The position numbers and the translations under genes were made by a program. From NCBI GenBank assembly GCA_964422035.1, contig CAYQZQ010000001.1:313013-377012 (forward strand): a stretch of DNA of 64,000 nt, in the 5' to 3' direction. The notes beneath the pieces were generated by a model. That model was not told where the DNA came from. It ran no database searches and saw only the letters and a program-made list of their open reading frames with translations. Position 1 is the stretch's first letter. Every line of letters starts with the position of its first letter. Source of the stretch: an uncultured Pseudomonadales bacterium (lineage in GTDB: Bacteria > Patescibacteriota > Microgenomatia > UBA1400 > Chazhemtobacteraceae). Below are positions 47,833-57,725 of the stretch, piece by piece.

Positions 47833-49559
47833 TTTTTTAAGTAAATTGCCAGCAAGCCTAATGAGGCTAGAGTAAGCCAGTTAGCTATAGTTCTGATAGG
47901 GGTGTTGTGTAGCTGCGCAGAGATGTGGTGAGTACCTTGAGGTATAGTGAGTCTTACCCTACCTAAGGTTGGCTCGTGGGTATGTTGTACGGGCTTAGAA
48001 TCCATCTTAAATTGCCAGTTAGGGTAGTCAAACAAGGGCACTTGAATAAGGGCAGACTCGGAGGCTACTTGAGCTGTAAACTGAAGCCAGTCTGTGCCTG
48101 ATTGATAGTTTTTTATGCCTCCAGTTCCTTCTATATATAGAGGATATTGATGAGCTGGGCCTCCAGGGGGTTTTTGGGCTGCTTTGGGTAGATAGTCAAA
48201 GATGCCACCGGTGGCTTGAAGCTCCCAGAGCAGGCCGGATAGTTTTTCAGGCCGGGCAACAGTCATTTGTTTTTCAATTTTGAAGAAAGGAAGATTCCAG
48301 ATTATTGTGGAACCGATCAGACCGAAAGTGACTACCGCCAGCAACCATTTTTTGAAATCGATGTTTTTAAGCAGATAAATTAAACCGCCGGCGACAAAAG
48401 AGAAGGTAAAAGCAGGAATGGCTAGGAGACGCCAGGGGAACTGAGCAAAGTATAGAAGAGGGATGTTTTGCCAGAACCAGATAGAGCGGGGATGAATTAA
48501 GAAGATGTAGATCAAAGTTAAAGGCCACAGAGAGACTAGTACCAACTTGATGGGTTTTTTGAGAAGAGCTTTTAACTGCTTTTGCTTGAGATAATCTTTT
48601 AGAAGAGAGATAAAAATAACAGTGGAGACGAGAAGACTGACGATCCAGTGGAAGTGGCCTATGGGGAAGGCCATGTCATCCTGAGGACCCCAGATAGAAC
48701 CGCCATACCCCCAGAAACGGGAAACAAACATCTGGTTTAGGTCAGCAAAGTGAGCCAAGAAGTTGAAGTAGCCAACAGTCATGGACTCAACATGAACGAG
48801 GTTTTTCTCAAAAAGAACTACTAGGAAAAAGAAGGCGGCTATACCGATTGACCAGATGCCAGAGAGAATAAGAGGTTTAAGCTTTTGCCATTTGTTGGTA
48901 ACTGCCAGCCAGTAGAAGACCCACAAAGCAAGCAGTGGACTGAATATTAAGACCATGACGTTGTGTGACAAAAGCAGGGCAGCAAAAGAAAGAGTCAGGA
49001 AAGGAATGTATTTTTTCTTATTGGTTTGTATCAGTTGATAAGCGTTGTAAAAGATAAGAGGAAACCAAACTAAAGCCCAAGCTTCATTGGCTGCCCCCCT
49101 TACGTAGATGTCAACTGAGTGGTAAGGGGCGTAAATATAAAAGAGTGCTGATAAAAGACCGCCTAGTTTGCCGAAAAATTTCTTGGCCAACAAAAACATT
49201 GTCAAGCCCGGCAGGACCATGGCTAAGATAAACATGATTTTGATTGACCAGAAGAGATTGAAACCAATAACATTAAAAAATTCGGCGACAAAGTAAGGCA
49301 ATGGAGGATAGTAGTTAAACATAGGATACCCATAACCATAACCGGCATCAGGAATCCAGCGACAAGGAATTTGTCCATCTATAAAGCATTGATGGAATTG
49401 TTGAAGACGCAGAATTTGAAGATCATCATGCATAGGGAAATAACCAGGTAATAAAAGATCCCAGATAGCAGGAATTGACAAGGCAATGATTAGAACATAC
49501 CAGCGGTTCTTTTTTATAAACTTCCAGATGGATGAGAATAAAGAGTTGATAAAATTCAT
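47829..49559 (-). CDS. Polytopic membrane protein, probable GT-C-like glycosyltransferase (YfhO/PTPS-related-like)
   Basis: 576 aa with more than 12 TM helices. First loop has MHDDLQILRLQQF...GYGYGYPMFNYYPPLPYF. C-terminal ~130-aa extracytoplasmic domain. Confidence 0.5.
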   Translation of the reverse strand: MNFINSLFSSIWKFIKKNRWYVLIIALSIPAIWDLLLPGYFPMHDDLQILRLQQFHQCFIDGQIPCRWIPDAGYGYGYPMFNYYPPLPYFVAEFFNVIGFNLFWSIKIMFILAMVLPGLTMFLLAKKFFGKLGGLLSALFYIYAPYHSVDIYVRGAANEAWALVWFPLIFYNAYQLIQTNKKKYIPFLTLSFAALLLSHNVMVLIFSPLLALWVFYWLAVTNKWQKLKPLILSGIWSIGIAAFFFLVVLFEKNLVHVESMTVGYFNFLAHFADLNQMFVSRFWGYGGSIWGPQDDMAFPIGHFHWIVSLLVSTVIFISLLKDYLKQKQLKALLKKPIKLVLVSLWPLTLIYIFLIHPRSIWFWQNIPLLYFAQFPWRLLAIPAFTFSFVAGGLIYLLKNIDFKKWLLAVVTFGLIGSTIIWNLPFFKIEKQMTVARPEKLSGLLWELQATGGIFDYLPKAAQKPPGGPAHQYPLYIEGTGGIKNYQSGTDWLQFTAQVASESALIQVPLFDYPNWQFKMDSKPVQHTHEPTLGRVRLTIPQGTHHISAQLHNTPIRTIANWLTLASLGLLAIYLKK

Positions 49560-50662
49560 GTAGCTTTAATTATAGATAAAAAACGCAACGATAACAGGTA
49601 GGCTGCAGGAAGAATGATAAGTAAGTGACGAGGATAGACCGCTTCAAAAGAAAAAAGCAGTAAGCTGATTAGTAACCAAAGATACAAAGGCAGAGCTTTA
49701 AAATCAAAGTTTTTGCTGATCTTGCTTAGTGGCAAACTTAGCAACCCTAAAGAGATAAAGACCGGCCAACCAGGCCACCAGCTTTGAACTGAGACTACTC
49801 CATCACCCCACCAGGTGTGCCAACGATTACGATAAATAAGATCCCAGACTAGTCCGGGTGACAGTTGAGGACTACCTACCCACCAGCTTAATACAAAGCG
49901 CTGATATGAAGCGAAGTCAAGCAAAGATGGATGATGGATGAAAAACGAAAAATGACCAACTAAAAAGCCAATAAGTACCCCTGCGCCAGCCAGCAAGTGA
50001 TTTATAAAACGCTTAAAGTTGCCGGAGAGAAGAGTGGTTAACACCAGCGCAGCCAACAGAGGCAAGGAGCTAATAAAGATTTTGCTTGAGAAAGCTAGAC
50101 CTAAAGATAACTGAGAGATAAATATATGGGTAAACTTATCTTTTTTAAGCCAAAGAATATAAAAATATATTGATAGCAAAGAAAAGAAGAGTAAGTAGAC
50201 GTCAAGCATAGTTTTGGTAAGAGTGGGCAAAAATAAAGGCTCGAAAGAAAAAACTATCAAAGTTAAAAAAGCAATTTTTTGGGAAAAGAATTGACTGGTT
50301 AGAAGATAAATCAACAGTAAAACTGCTAGACCGAAAAGAAAATTAATCCAAACTGGATTACCAAAGATGTATGTTGAGATGCCAATCAGGTACTTACCTA
50401 AAGGAGGATGGCCGGGGGTGATGTTTTTAAGATCTCTCCCCTCTTGGATTAGAAAAAAACCTTCGGTGGCATACAGCTGGGAATCTGACAAGATATAATC
50501 TGCTTTGTCTCCTTTTACGTAAGCAGAGTTGAAGTATCTTTGTTGAGCTTTTTGTGGATCAAAAGATGAACTGAAAATAGATGAGTTGGTGAAGACAATA
50601 AAGAGAGCATAGATAAGCAAGTAGATGTAAGGGAGAATGGAAGTTAGTTTGGACCTGTCCAT
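49556..50662 (-). CDS. PMT_2-type membrane glycosyltransferase (family C, short paralog of 25501-27483)
   Basis: SDSQLYATEGFFLIQEGRDLKNITPGHPPLGKYLIG shares the D..Y....G...E...HPPLGK signature. Confidence 0.6.
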   Translation of the reverse strand: MDRSKLTSILPYIYLLIYALFIVFTNSSIFSSSFDPQKAQQRYFNSAYVKGDKADYILSDSQLYATEGFFLIQEGRDLKNITPGHPPLGKYLIGISTYIFGNPVWINFLFGLAVLLLIYLLTSQFFSQKIAFLTLIVFSFEPLFLPTLTKTMLDVYLLFFSLLSIYFYILWLKKDKFTHIFISQLSLGLAFSSKIFISSLPLLAALVLTTLLSGNFKRFINHLLAGAGVLIGFLVGHFSFFIHHPSLLDFASYQRFVLSWWVGSPQLSPGLVWDLIYRNRWHTWWGDGVVSVQSWWPGWPVFISLGLLSLPLSKISKNFDFKALPLYLWLLISLLLFSFEAVYPRHLLIILPAAYLLSLRFLSIIKAT

Positions 50663-50663
50663 A

Positions 50664-52169
50664 TTATTCTACCAGTTGATAGAACTGTAGAACTTCACGA
50701 GTTTTGTCAGGTCGAGGGGATTTTGGATATTGGGCGATAAGGTCAAGTCTTTCTAGATGTTGGGGAGTAAGCTTATTGCGAGATTTGTTAACCACCAGAT
50801 AAACTAAGTTTTCTTCCAGAGCTGAAGAAAGCGATTGAGAAATTTCAGAAACAGGATAACTTAAGCCAATAACGGTTACGTTGGGAACGTCTTGTAAATA
50901 TATTTGAAGCCCATCCGGAAGAGTGCCAAAAAAGCCTTCGGTGCCGATTAGTATTGATTGGCCATCTTGGGCTTTAAATTTAATGTACTGAGAAATTTCT
51001 TCTTGCCCGTAACCAGCTGTCCATTCTTGAAAGTATCCATGCCTCATCCGTTGAGGTAAAGCGGCACTGGCCGGTTGAGTTAGGAGGTTAAAAGTTATGG
51101 TTGCAGGCCAGATTATAGTAACAGCCAATAAAATCAGTCCGGCTTTGGGAAAGTTTTTTATAAGTTTTGAGACACTTGAGGCGGCTAAAACAAGCAAGGG
51201 AACGGCGGCGAAGAGTAGGTATCGAGGTGTATAAACCTTAGCTACGGAAGCTTGAGCCAGCAGTGGAAGCAGTGACCAGAGGAAAATAACTTTTAGAGAG
51301 CGGTTTTTGGAAAATAAAGCTGCAAAAACAAGCACAAAGGCCGGCCAACCCAAGAGAGTACCCAGCCAAGCAAAAGTACTTTTAAGATTACCAGTTAGAG
51401 GATTAAAGGGGTGCTGGAGGACTTCAGAAAAAGAGAATAGATAGTCCTGATTGCGAGAGTTAATTAAGTGGAAGTTAGGGCCAAGGCGCATGATGTTGTA
51501 GAAGATAAAGGCAACCAGACCGGACACCACCCAACCACCAATGATTTTGGTGATTTTTTGTTTATCAAGAGTGGTGGAAAGAAGAAACACCGGCTGAAGA
51601 AGTATTAAAAAGATACTGGGTGATTTAGTTAGTAGGGCCCCTCCTAATACAAAACCTAAAAGAAGAGACAGATCAAGCCGAGGCGTATCGACAAGTAGTA
51701 AGCCTAGGATAATAGACCAAACTGCGAAGGCGGCTAGCATAGAGTCAACCAGAGCTAGGCGATCAAAGAAAAAGGTATAAGGCAAGATGATGTAAAAAAG
51801 AGAAGAAATTAATGTAGCAAGTCTTGATTTAGTAACTAGCCAAGTTAGAAAGGCAATACCAAGCAAGGTAACCAAACCAGCGGCTACCGAGACTGCCCTA
51901 CCTGCAACCAATGGATCAGAGAAGAACTGAAGGATAAACATCAGAATCCACATAAATAAAGGCTGCTTGCCGTCTGATAGGGGTAAAAACCTTAGAGTGG
52001 GTTCGTTGCGCATAACCTGGGCCCAGCGAACGTAAATTGCTTCATCTACAAAGACGGGGATCAGATCAAGATTAATTAGACGAATTGCAAAATAAGCAGC
52101 ACCTACAACAATTGCTGTAGGTATAAAAGGCTTTTTGAAAAGTTTTTTTATATCTTTGAGTTTATTCAT
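50664..52169 (-). CDS. GT-C membrane glycosyltransferase, ArnT-like (family B)
   Basis: VFVDEAIYVRWAQVM ... PLFMWILMFIL; the DEA motif sits in the first loop as in ArnT (DEARYAE). 501 aa. Confidence 0.65.
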   Translation of the reverse strand: MNKLKDIKKLFKKPFIPTAIVVGAAYFAIRLINLDLIPVFVDEAIYVRWAQVMRNEPTLRFLPLSDGKQPLFMWILMFILQFFSDPLVAGRAVSVAAGLVTLLGIAFLTWLVTKSRLATLISSLFYIILPYTFFFDRLALVDSMLAAFAVWSIILGLLLVDTPRLDLSLLLGFVLGGALLTKSPSIFLILLQPVFLLSTTLDKQKITKIIGGWVVSGLVAFIFYNIMRLGPNFHLINSRNQDYLFSFSEVLQHPFNPLTGNLKSTFAWLGTLLGWPAFVLVFAALFSKNRSLKVIFLWSLLPLLAQASVAKVYTPRYLLFAAVPLLVLAASSVSKLIKNFPKAGLILLAVTIIWPATITFNLLTQPASAALPQRMRHGYFQEWTAGYGQEEISQYIKFKAQDGQSILIGTEGFFGTLPDGLQIYLQDVPNVTVIGLSYPVSEISQSLSSALEENLVYLVVNKSRNKLTPQHLERLDLIAQYPKSPRPDKTREVLQFYQLVE

Positions 52170-52214
52170 TTATTAAGTTAAGGATAAGCAAGCTGGCAGC
52201 TAACTAGGTGATGT

Positions 52215-52970
52215 TTAGTACTTGCCTGTTAAATCGTTTAGTTTGACTCTTAAAATTTGCTTGAGCATGTCTGTTGATTCTTTAAGGAAGTTTTTACCCT
52301 TACCTGTGGCCACATCCTCATCCTGCCAGGCAACATCTACTTCTTTTAGCTTGTGACCATATTTTTTAGCTAAAAAGAGAAGTTCGACATCAAAGGCAGA
52401 GACGGACCAGCCGGAGTCGTTATCAATATTTTGAATAACCTCAAGTTGAGGGAAGATCTCTTGAGCTATTGGACGACGCATTGATTTAAAGCCACATTGG
52501 GTGTCGACCACACCTCTTAGTAAAAATATTTGCCTGATGGCTCGGAAGCCCCATGAAGTAAGCTGGCGATACCAAGGAAAGTTTTTACGAGCTTTGCCGC
52601 GAGAGCCATAGACCACGTCGTAGTCTTGCTTGTAATAAGGGAGCAGCTTTTCAAGTTCTTTTAGGGGTGTTGACTGATCCATGTCTGTAAAGAGGATGAT
52701 CTCTCCTTTTGCATTCTTTATTCCCTGGTAGATTGCCCAAGCTTTACCTCCGTGCTTGTTTTCCAAGGTCTTAAAACCCTCATTTTCACTGGCAAAGTCT
52801 TTTATCATCTTAAGACTACCATCGGTGGAAGCATCATCTGAGAGAATTACCTCCCAGGTGAAGTCTACATCTTTAAGATAATCTTTCACCTGATCAAGAA
52901 CTCCACGCTGGATGTTTTCTTTTTCGTTGTAGTTGGGAATGATAATGGATACGCGAGGTTGATTAGACAT
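52215..52970 (-). CDS. GT2 glycosyltransferase, Dpm1-like polyprenol-phosphate sugar synthase
   Basis: VSIIIPNYNEKENI ... VILSDDASTDGS ... FTDMDQSTP. 251 aa. Confidence 0.75.
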   Translation of the reverse strand: MSNQPRVSIIIPNYNEKENIQRGVLDQVKDYLKDVDFTWEVILSDDASTDGSLKMIKDFASENEGFKTLENKHGGKAWAIYQGIKNAKGEIILFTDMDQSTPLKELEKLLPYYKQDYDVVYGSRGKARKNFPWYRQLTSWGFRAIRQIFLLRGVVDTQCGFKSMRRPIAQEIFPQLEVIQNIDNDSGWSVSAFDVELLFLAKKYGHKLKEVDVAWQDEDVATGKGKNFLKESTDMLKQILRVKLNDLTGKY

Positions 52971-53026
52971 TATGCCCTAAGTATAACTTATGAGAATTAG
53001 CCTGCCAAATTATCAAGGTTAATTAA

Positions 53027-54526
53027 TTATTTTCTAGTTCGGCGCTGAACTACTATACCGCCAAAACGGGCCTGATCTTCTACTTTGGCTATGGACTGCT
53101 GCCTTTGAAGCCATTTTTCTAACCTTTGAGGATGTTGTGTATCAACTTCATAGAGAGTATAAAGCAGAGGGATTTGCTCTTTGGAGGGAAGTTTTTGATA
53201 CTCTTTTTGTCCGTACCACTCAAAAAGGTAATCATATGAGTGAGGTAAAACCGGAGGAACGTAGACGTCAAGGTTGAATTTTTTGTCTTCTGCATCTTGA
53301 TAGATCCAGTCAATGGCCTGAATTTGGTTGCCTAAACTAATGTGGGTTTCTCCATCAACACCGGCAATTAAATAATTTTTCAGATTGATGTAGTTTGGGT
53401 ATATAAAGGTGGTAAGGAAAAGCAACGGGACAAGAAGAAGGAACTTGTTGCTAAGCAGTTTATCTAAAACTACAGCTATTAAGATTGCAGACAAGGGAAA
53501 TAGGCCCATTAAGTAATAGCTATAGAAGTTGCCTTGATTGCCCTGATAGAAAAGTAAAATTAATAAAGGCACAAATATTAAGGTAGTAAGCAAACTGACT
53601 CGCTTTCTATTTTTCTTTCTGAGTAAATAGAAAAACACAAATACCAAGAAAAGAGTAAGGGATTTGGCGTGTCGAGGAGTGTATATATTTTGAAATGACT
53701 GAAAGTAAAAACCGAGTCTTTCGATGATCTTTGACCAGGCAAAAGCAAAGCTGGCTTGTTGGGAGTCAGCAAAGTGCTTGATAACTGCCTTGCGCATAAT
53801 TCCGTCGTGAACCAGATCAAAGACAATTTGAGGAAGAAGAGTAGCAAAAAATACGCCTGAAGACACAAGAGCAGTTTTTTTGGTTGGTCGAATTGAAGAG
53901 TTGATAAGGAGCAACAACAAGATGGCGGGAATAAACCAGATCTCAGAAGCTATCTCAAACTGAAGATTTAAGCCAACCATTAGAGCAACAATCGGCCACC
54001 AGATATGAGGTTTTTTATTATCTTTAATCTGAAGCAGTCCGTAGAGCATGATAGGGACCGAGGTAAAAATCGGGGAAGGATTAGACAGCCAGCGAGACAA
54101 ACCAACTAGGTGTCGAGAAAAACCAACCAATAAAACCGCTAGCAGGCCAGCTCTTTTTGATGAAATTTTTTTGGCGGAAAGATAGATAAAAACAAGACCA
54201 AACATGTTAATTATCTGTAACCAGATAGCTGCCACGATAGGGCTACCTTTTCCAACTAGATAGGCTGGCAAGAGAAGATAGTAGAAGGCGGGACCTCTGA
54301 GTATGCCAGCTAGACCAGTGGTTGGACCCACTAGAGCAGGATCAAGTTGGGCATATATTTTTTTGATTGCTAAAGCGTCGCGCCCCTGATCATAGAAAAA
54401 GTAAAGTAATTTGTCAGTTCTGTAGACACGGACAAAGAAAGCCCCGGCTAAAAGTATTATTAAAAGAGAATAGTGAACAGGATGCTTTTGAAAAGCTTTT
54501 TTAAGTTTTAAAAAAAATTGTTTCAT
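53027..54526 (-). CDS. GT-C membrane glycosyltransferase, ArnT-like (family B)
   Basis: FFYDQGRDALAIKKIY...GPAFYYLLLPAYLV. Confidence 0.65.
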   Translation of the reverse strand: MKQFFLKLKKAFQKHPVHYSLLIILLAGAFFVRVYRTDKLLYFFYDQGRDALAIKKIYAQLDPALVGPTTGLAGILRGPAFYYLLLPAYLVGKGSPIVAAIWLQIINMFGLVFIYLSAKKISSKRAGLLAVLLVGFSRHLVGLSRWLSNPSPIFTSVPIMLYGLLQIKDNKKPHIWWPIVALMVGLNLQFEIASEIWFIPAILLLLLINSSIRPTKKTALVSSGVFFATLLPQIVFDLVHDGIMRKAVIKHFADSQQASFAFAWSKIIERLGFYFQSFQNIYTPRHAKSLTLFLVFVFFYLLRKKNRKRVSLLTTLIFVPLLILLFYQGNQGNFYSYYLMGLFPLSAILIAVVLDKLLSNKFLLLVPLLFLTTFIYPNYINLKNYLIAGVDGETHISLGNQIQAIDWIYQDAEDKKFNLDVYVPPVLPHSYDYLFEWYGQKEYQKLPSKEQIPLLYTLYEVDTQHPQRLEKWLQRQQSIAKVEDQARFGGIVVQRRTRK

Positions 54527-54529
54527 AAG

Positions 54530-55501
54530 CTAAGAATTTGATTTGACGGTATCTAGAAACTCCTGCTCTGCTTTGATCAATGGTTTTTCCAGACGGAAGC
54601 CGGCCGCGTTTTTGTGGCCCCCACCATTTAGTTTCTCGGCAATTTGGGATACATCAAACTCTGGCTTACGAGAGCGCAGTGAGCCATATGTAAAACCTTC
54701 CTCCTTTTCGACCAGAACAGCACCAAAATTAGTGTCTTTGATGCGACTGATTAAGGTATTGGCAAATCTTGACATACCCAGATCATCAACGTCTTGAGAT
54801 TCTTTGAAAGACAGGGTTGTGTAAACAAAACTATTGTCTGCAGAAGCCTTTAGATTTGCAAGCATTGTTCCCCAGGCTTTGAGTTGGCGATATTTTAAGT
54901 TGCGTGAAAGTTCGACGAGACAACGATCGTAGTCACCGCCTGCTTCGATAAGGATGGCTGCCATACGAAGTGAATCAGAAGAGGTATTAAAGTTTTGAAA
55001 AGCACCGGTGTCGCCTACAAGGCCATATAGCAGACAAGTGGCAATTTCTGGAGTTATATCAATTTTTAACTCCTTGAGTAGATAAAAAATCATTTGAGCA
55101 GCCGAGGAAGCTTTAGTATCTATCCATTGATGAGTGCCTTTAATTTTATTGCCAGGGTGATGATCGATGTTGATTATTGGTTTTTGAAAATCTGGCCCGG
55201 GTGTATGGTGAGTAACTAGCCCCCATTTGGGAGTGTCAAGAGAGATGTAGACATTAAAGATTTGTTTTTCAATCATTTCTGGCAAGTTTTCGTGGCTGAT
55301 TGAGTCAACTGAGGGCAGAAAATCAGAGGAAGCAGGGAGCCTGTCTTCAGAGTACAGATAAAAATCTTTATCAAGTTGCTCTAGAGCGAGCTTTAAAGCC
55401 AAAGCAGAGCCGATTGAGTCAGCGTCGGGAGAAAGGTGAATGTGGCCCAGAAAGCCTTTGTTTTCTTTTATGCTATCAATTACTTGTTTGGGTATATTCA
55501 C
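54530..55501 (-). CDS. DHH/DHHA1 phosphoesterase (second NrnA-like paralog), embedded between GT-C genes
   Basis: HIHLSPDADSIGSALAL ... NIDHHPGN ... NGGGHKNAAG. 3-nt gap and 4-nt overlap with the flanking GT-C genes. Confidence 0.75.
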   Translation of the reverse strand: MNIPKQVIDSIKENKGFLGHIHLSPDADSIGSALALKLALEQLDKDFYLYSEDRLPASSDFLPSVDSISHENLPEMIEKQIFNVYISLDTPKWGLVTHHTPGPDFQKPIINIDHHPGNKIKGTHQWIDTKASSAAQMIFYLLKELKIDITPEIATCLLYGLVGDTGAFQNFNTSSDSLRMAAILIEAGGDYDRCLVELSRNLKYRQLKAWGTMLANLKASADNSFVYTTLSFKESQDVDDLGMSRFANTLISRIKDTNFGAVLVEKEEGFTYGSLRSRKPEFDVSQIAEKLNGGGHKNAAGFRLEKPLIKAEQEFLDTVKSNS

Positions 55502-56979
55502 TTATGGATTAGTCTAAATATTTCAATGTGATCGATCTGCCATTGATCGGTGGTTTTGGCGGGACCAAATATAGCCACTTGGTATTGCGCATCTCCCTCG
55601 GGCTGACAGTCTTGTTTTTCACAGACCACAAATAACTGCTCAGAGAGTTTCTCTTCTCCACGAAAGAAGTTGGCGTCTTTGTTTTCTAAAAAGTAGCGAT
55701 ATGATTCATCATAGTTTTGTTTGGCTATTAAGGCGAAGTTAAAAGGCTCGCCTTGCGACTTGTCGATGACAAAATCAACAACCTCTTCTGTTCTCTGAAG
55801 TTGTCTGTTGGGAGTTTGTTTTAGGGGCGAGTTTTCAATGGAAAGGACGACTAAAAATACAAAGACAATAATGGATAAGACTTTAAGCCTACCTTTAAAT
55901 AAACGCCAGAGAAGATAAGCAATGAGAATGTAGATGGCAGGATAAAGAAAACCAAAGTAGTGAGCATATACGTGTTGTTTGTAAAGACCCAACCCAAAAA
56001 TACCGGTGACTAGCCAGGTTATAAGCAAAAAGTACTGACGTTTGTGGGAAGAGGTGCGAATAAAGTAAAAGATGGTGAGGATTGTCATCACAATGGAGGT
56101 TAAGATAGCTGAAAGAGCGCTTGTGGAAAGAACTAAATCGGAGGTGAACTTGTTGATAACCAACATAAAGCGATTGGATTTGGTTGGATCAAGATTAATA
56201 GTGGTTTGCCTGTTGGTGAAGAATGTCTTGAAGGCGTTGTAGTTTAGAAAGTCATGCTTTAGGTCGAACAAGACTAAGGGGCTCATTAAAAATATAAATG
56301 CAAGCAGGGCAAAAATTGAGTAGCGGACAAATTGAGCACGATTTTCTTTGTTGGGCCATACTTCAATGGCTGTAATTAGCCAGAAAATACCAAGAACAGG
56401 AATTAATAAAAGGCCCAGATAATGCATTTGTAGGGCAAAAGCTAAGGCGACTGCAGTTATAACAATATAGATAAAGCGCCGGTGTTGCCATAATTGCCAG
56501 ATTGACCAAATTGACAGAAGTGCAAAAAAGGGCATGGGATTGGGGTTCCAGGAGGTGCGACCGTAGATAATGGCAACGGGAGAGATGGCATAAAACAAGG
56601 AAGCTACCAAACCTACAGCTGGAGCGAACCAGGTGCGAGCAGCCCACCAGATAAAGATAGTAGTTATAGTAGACAAGATAGCCACCATGACGGCAGGACC
56701 GACAGGACTTAAGTTCCATAACCACAAAAAGGGAGCCATCATGTAGTAATACAGAGGACCCAGATACATATTACCGATACTGGTTTGAGGACCAATAAAA
56801 ACCAGATCTCCTTGAATAAGGTTGCGAACAACCCTGACGTCACGCCCTTCGTCACCTAAGAAGGTTAAGTATTGGGGAATTTTATAAAGGCGCAAAACTA
56901 GAGCCAGTAAAGCTATAACTGAGATGATTAACACCTCGCGACGATTGCTGGAGATGAATGTTTTAATCTTTTGAATCAT
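55498..56979 (-). CDS. GT-C membrane glycosyltransferase, ArnT-like (family B)
   Basis: TFLGDEGRDVRVVRNL...GPLYYYMMAPFLWLW. Confidence 0.65.
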   Translation of the reverse strand: MIQKIKTFISSNRREVLIISVIALLALVLRLYKIPQYLTFLGDEGRDVRVVRNLIQGDLVFIGPQTSIGNMYLGPLYYYMMAPFLWLWNLSPVGPAVMVAILSTITTIFIWWAARTWFAPAVGLVASLFYAISPVAIIYGRTSWNPNPMPFFALLSIWSIWQLWQHRRFIYIVITAVALAFALQMHYLGLLLIPVLGIFWLITAIEVWPNKENRAQFVRYSIFALLAFIFLMSPLVLFDLKHDFLNYNAFKTFFTNRQTTINLDPTKSNRFMLVINKFTSDLVLSTSALSAILTSIVMTILTIFYFIRTSSHKRQYFLLITWLVTGIFGLGLYKQHVYAHYFGFLYPAIYILIAYLLWRLFKGRLKVLSIIVFVFLVVLSIENSPLKQTPNRQLQRTEEVVDFVIDKSQGEPFNFALIAKQNYDESYRYFLENKDANFFRGEEKLSEQLFVVCEKQDCQPEGDAQYQVAIFGPAKTTDQWQIDHIEIFRLIHK

Positions 56980-57694
56980 TTGAAAGGAAATTTAGTTTAT
57001 ACCAAAGAACAAGTGACTCTTTGACAGCTTTTAGGATAACTTTAAAATCAGCGCCAGTGGCGGTACCAACAGTGCGTGGATAATGATGAACACCGATTTG
57101 TTTGAAGCTAAAACCTTTTTGCTTGGCTCTGATTAAAAACTCAGCTTCGGTAAAGGCAGACTCGGTACTGAGAGTTATGTTATCAACCACTTTGTCTTTA
57201 ACCACCTTAAAACCACAGTCGATGTCTTTAACCCAGAGACTAAAGAGCAACCATACCCAAAGTTTCCATAAAAGAGCATTAAGCTTTCTTAGAATATTAT
57301 CCTTACGATCTAGGCGGTAGCCTATGACAAGATCATGTTCACCTATAAAGGGTAAGAACTTGTCAATTTCTGAGTAATCAAACTGTCCGTCGGAGTCAAT
57401 AAATGAAATGTGAGAGTATTTACTTTCCTTTAAGCCGGTTTTGAGAGCGCCACCATAGCCGCGGTTAGGATCATGGGTAATCATGTGAAGATTATCGTTT
57501 TTCTTGATTAGTTTTTCGACCACCTTGGCAGTATCATCGGTAGAGCCGTCGTTGACTACTAATATTTCGTACTTGCCGGCAATTTTTTGTAAGATTTTAT
57601 TGGATTTGTTTATCGTTTGATCGATTACTTCCTGCTCGTTATAGGTAGGTAAAAAAAGTGAAATTTCGGAAACTTTGGGTTGGTTTTTGGTCAT
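56963..57694 (-). CDS. GT2 glycosyltransferase, Dpm1-like polyprenol-phosphate sugar synthase
   Basis: ISLFLPTYNEQEVI ... ILVVNDGSTDDT ... FIDSDGQF. Overlaps the downstream GT-C gene by 17 nt. Confidence 0.75.
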   Translation of the reverse strand: MTKNQPKVSEISLFLPTYNEQEVIDQTINKSNKILQKIAGKYEILVVNDGSTDDTAKVVEKLIKKNDNLHMITHDPNRGYGGALKTGLKESKYSHISFIDSDGQFDYSEIDKFLPFIGEHDLVIGYRLDRKDNILRKLNALLWKLWVWLLFSLWVKDIDCGFKVVKDKVVDNITLSTESAFTEAEFLIRAKQKGFSFKQIGVHHYPRTVGTATGADFKVILKAVKESLVLWYKLNFLSNDSKD

Positions 57695-57725
57695 GGTGGA
57701 TTAAGTATATCAGAGGCAAGAGTTT

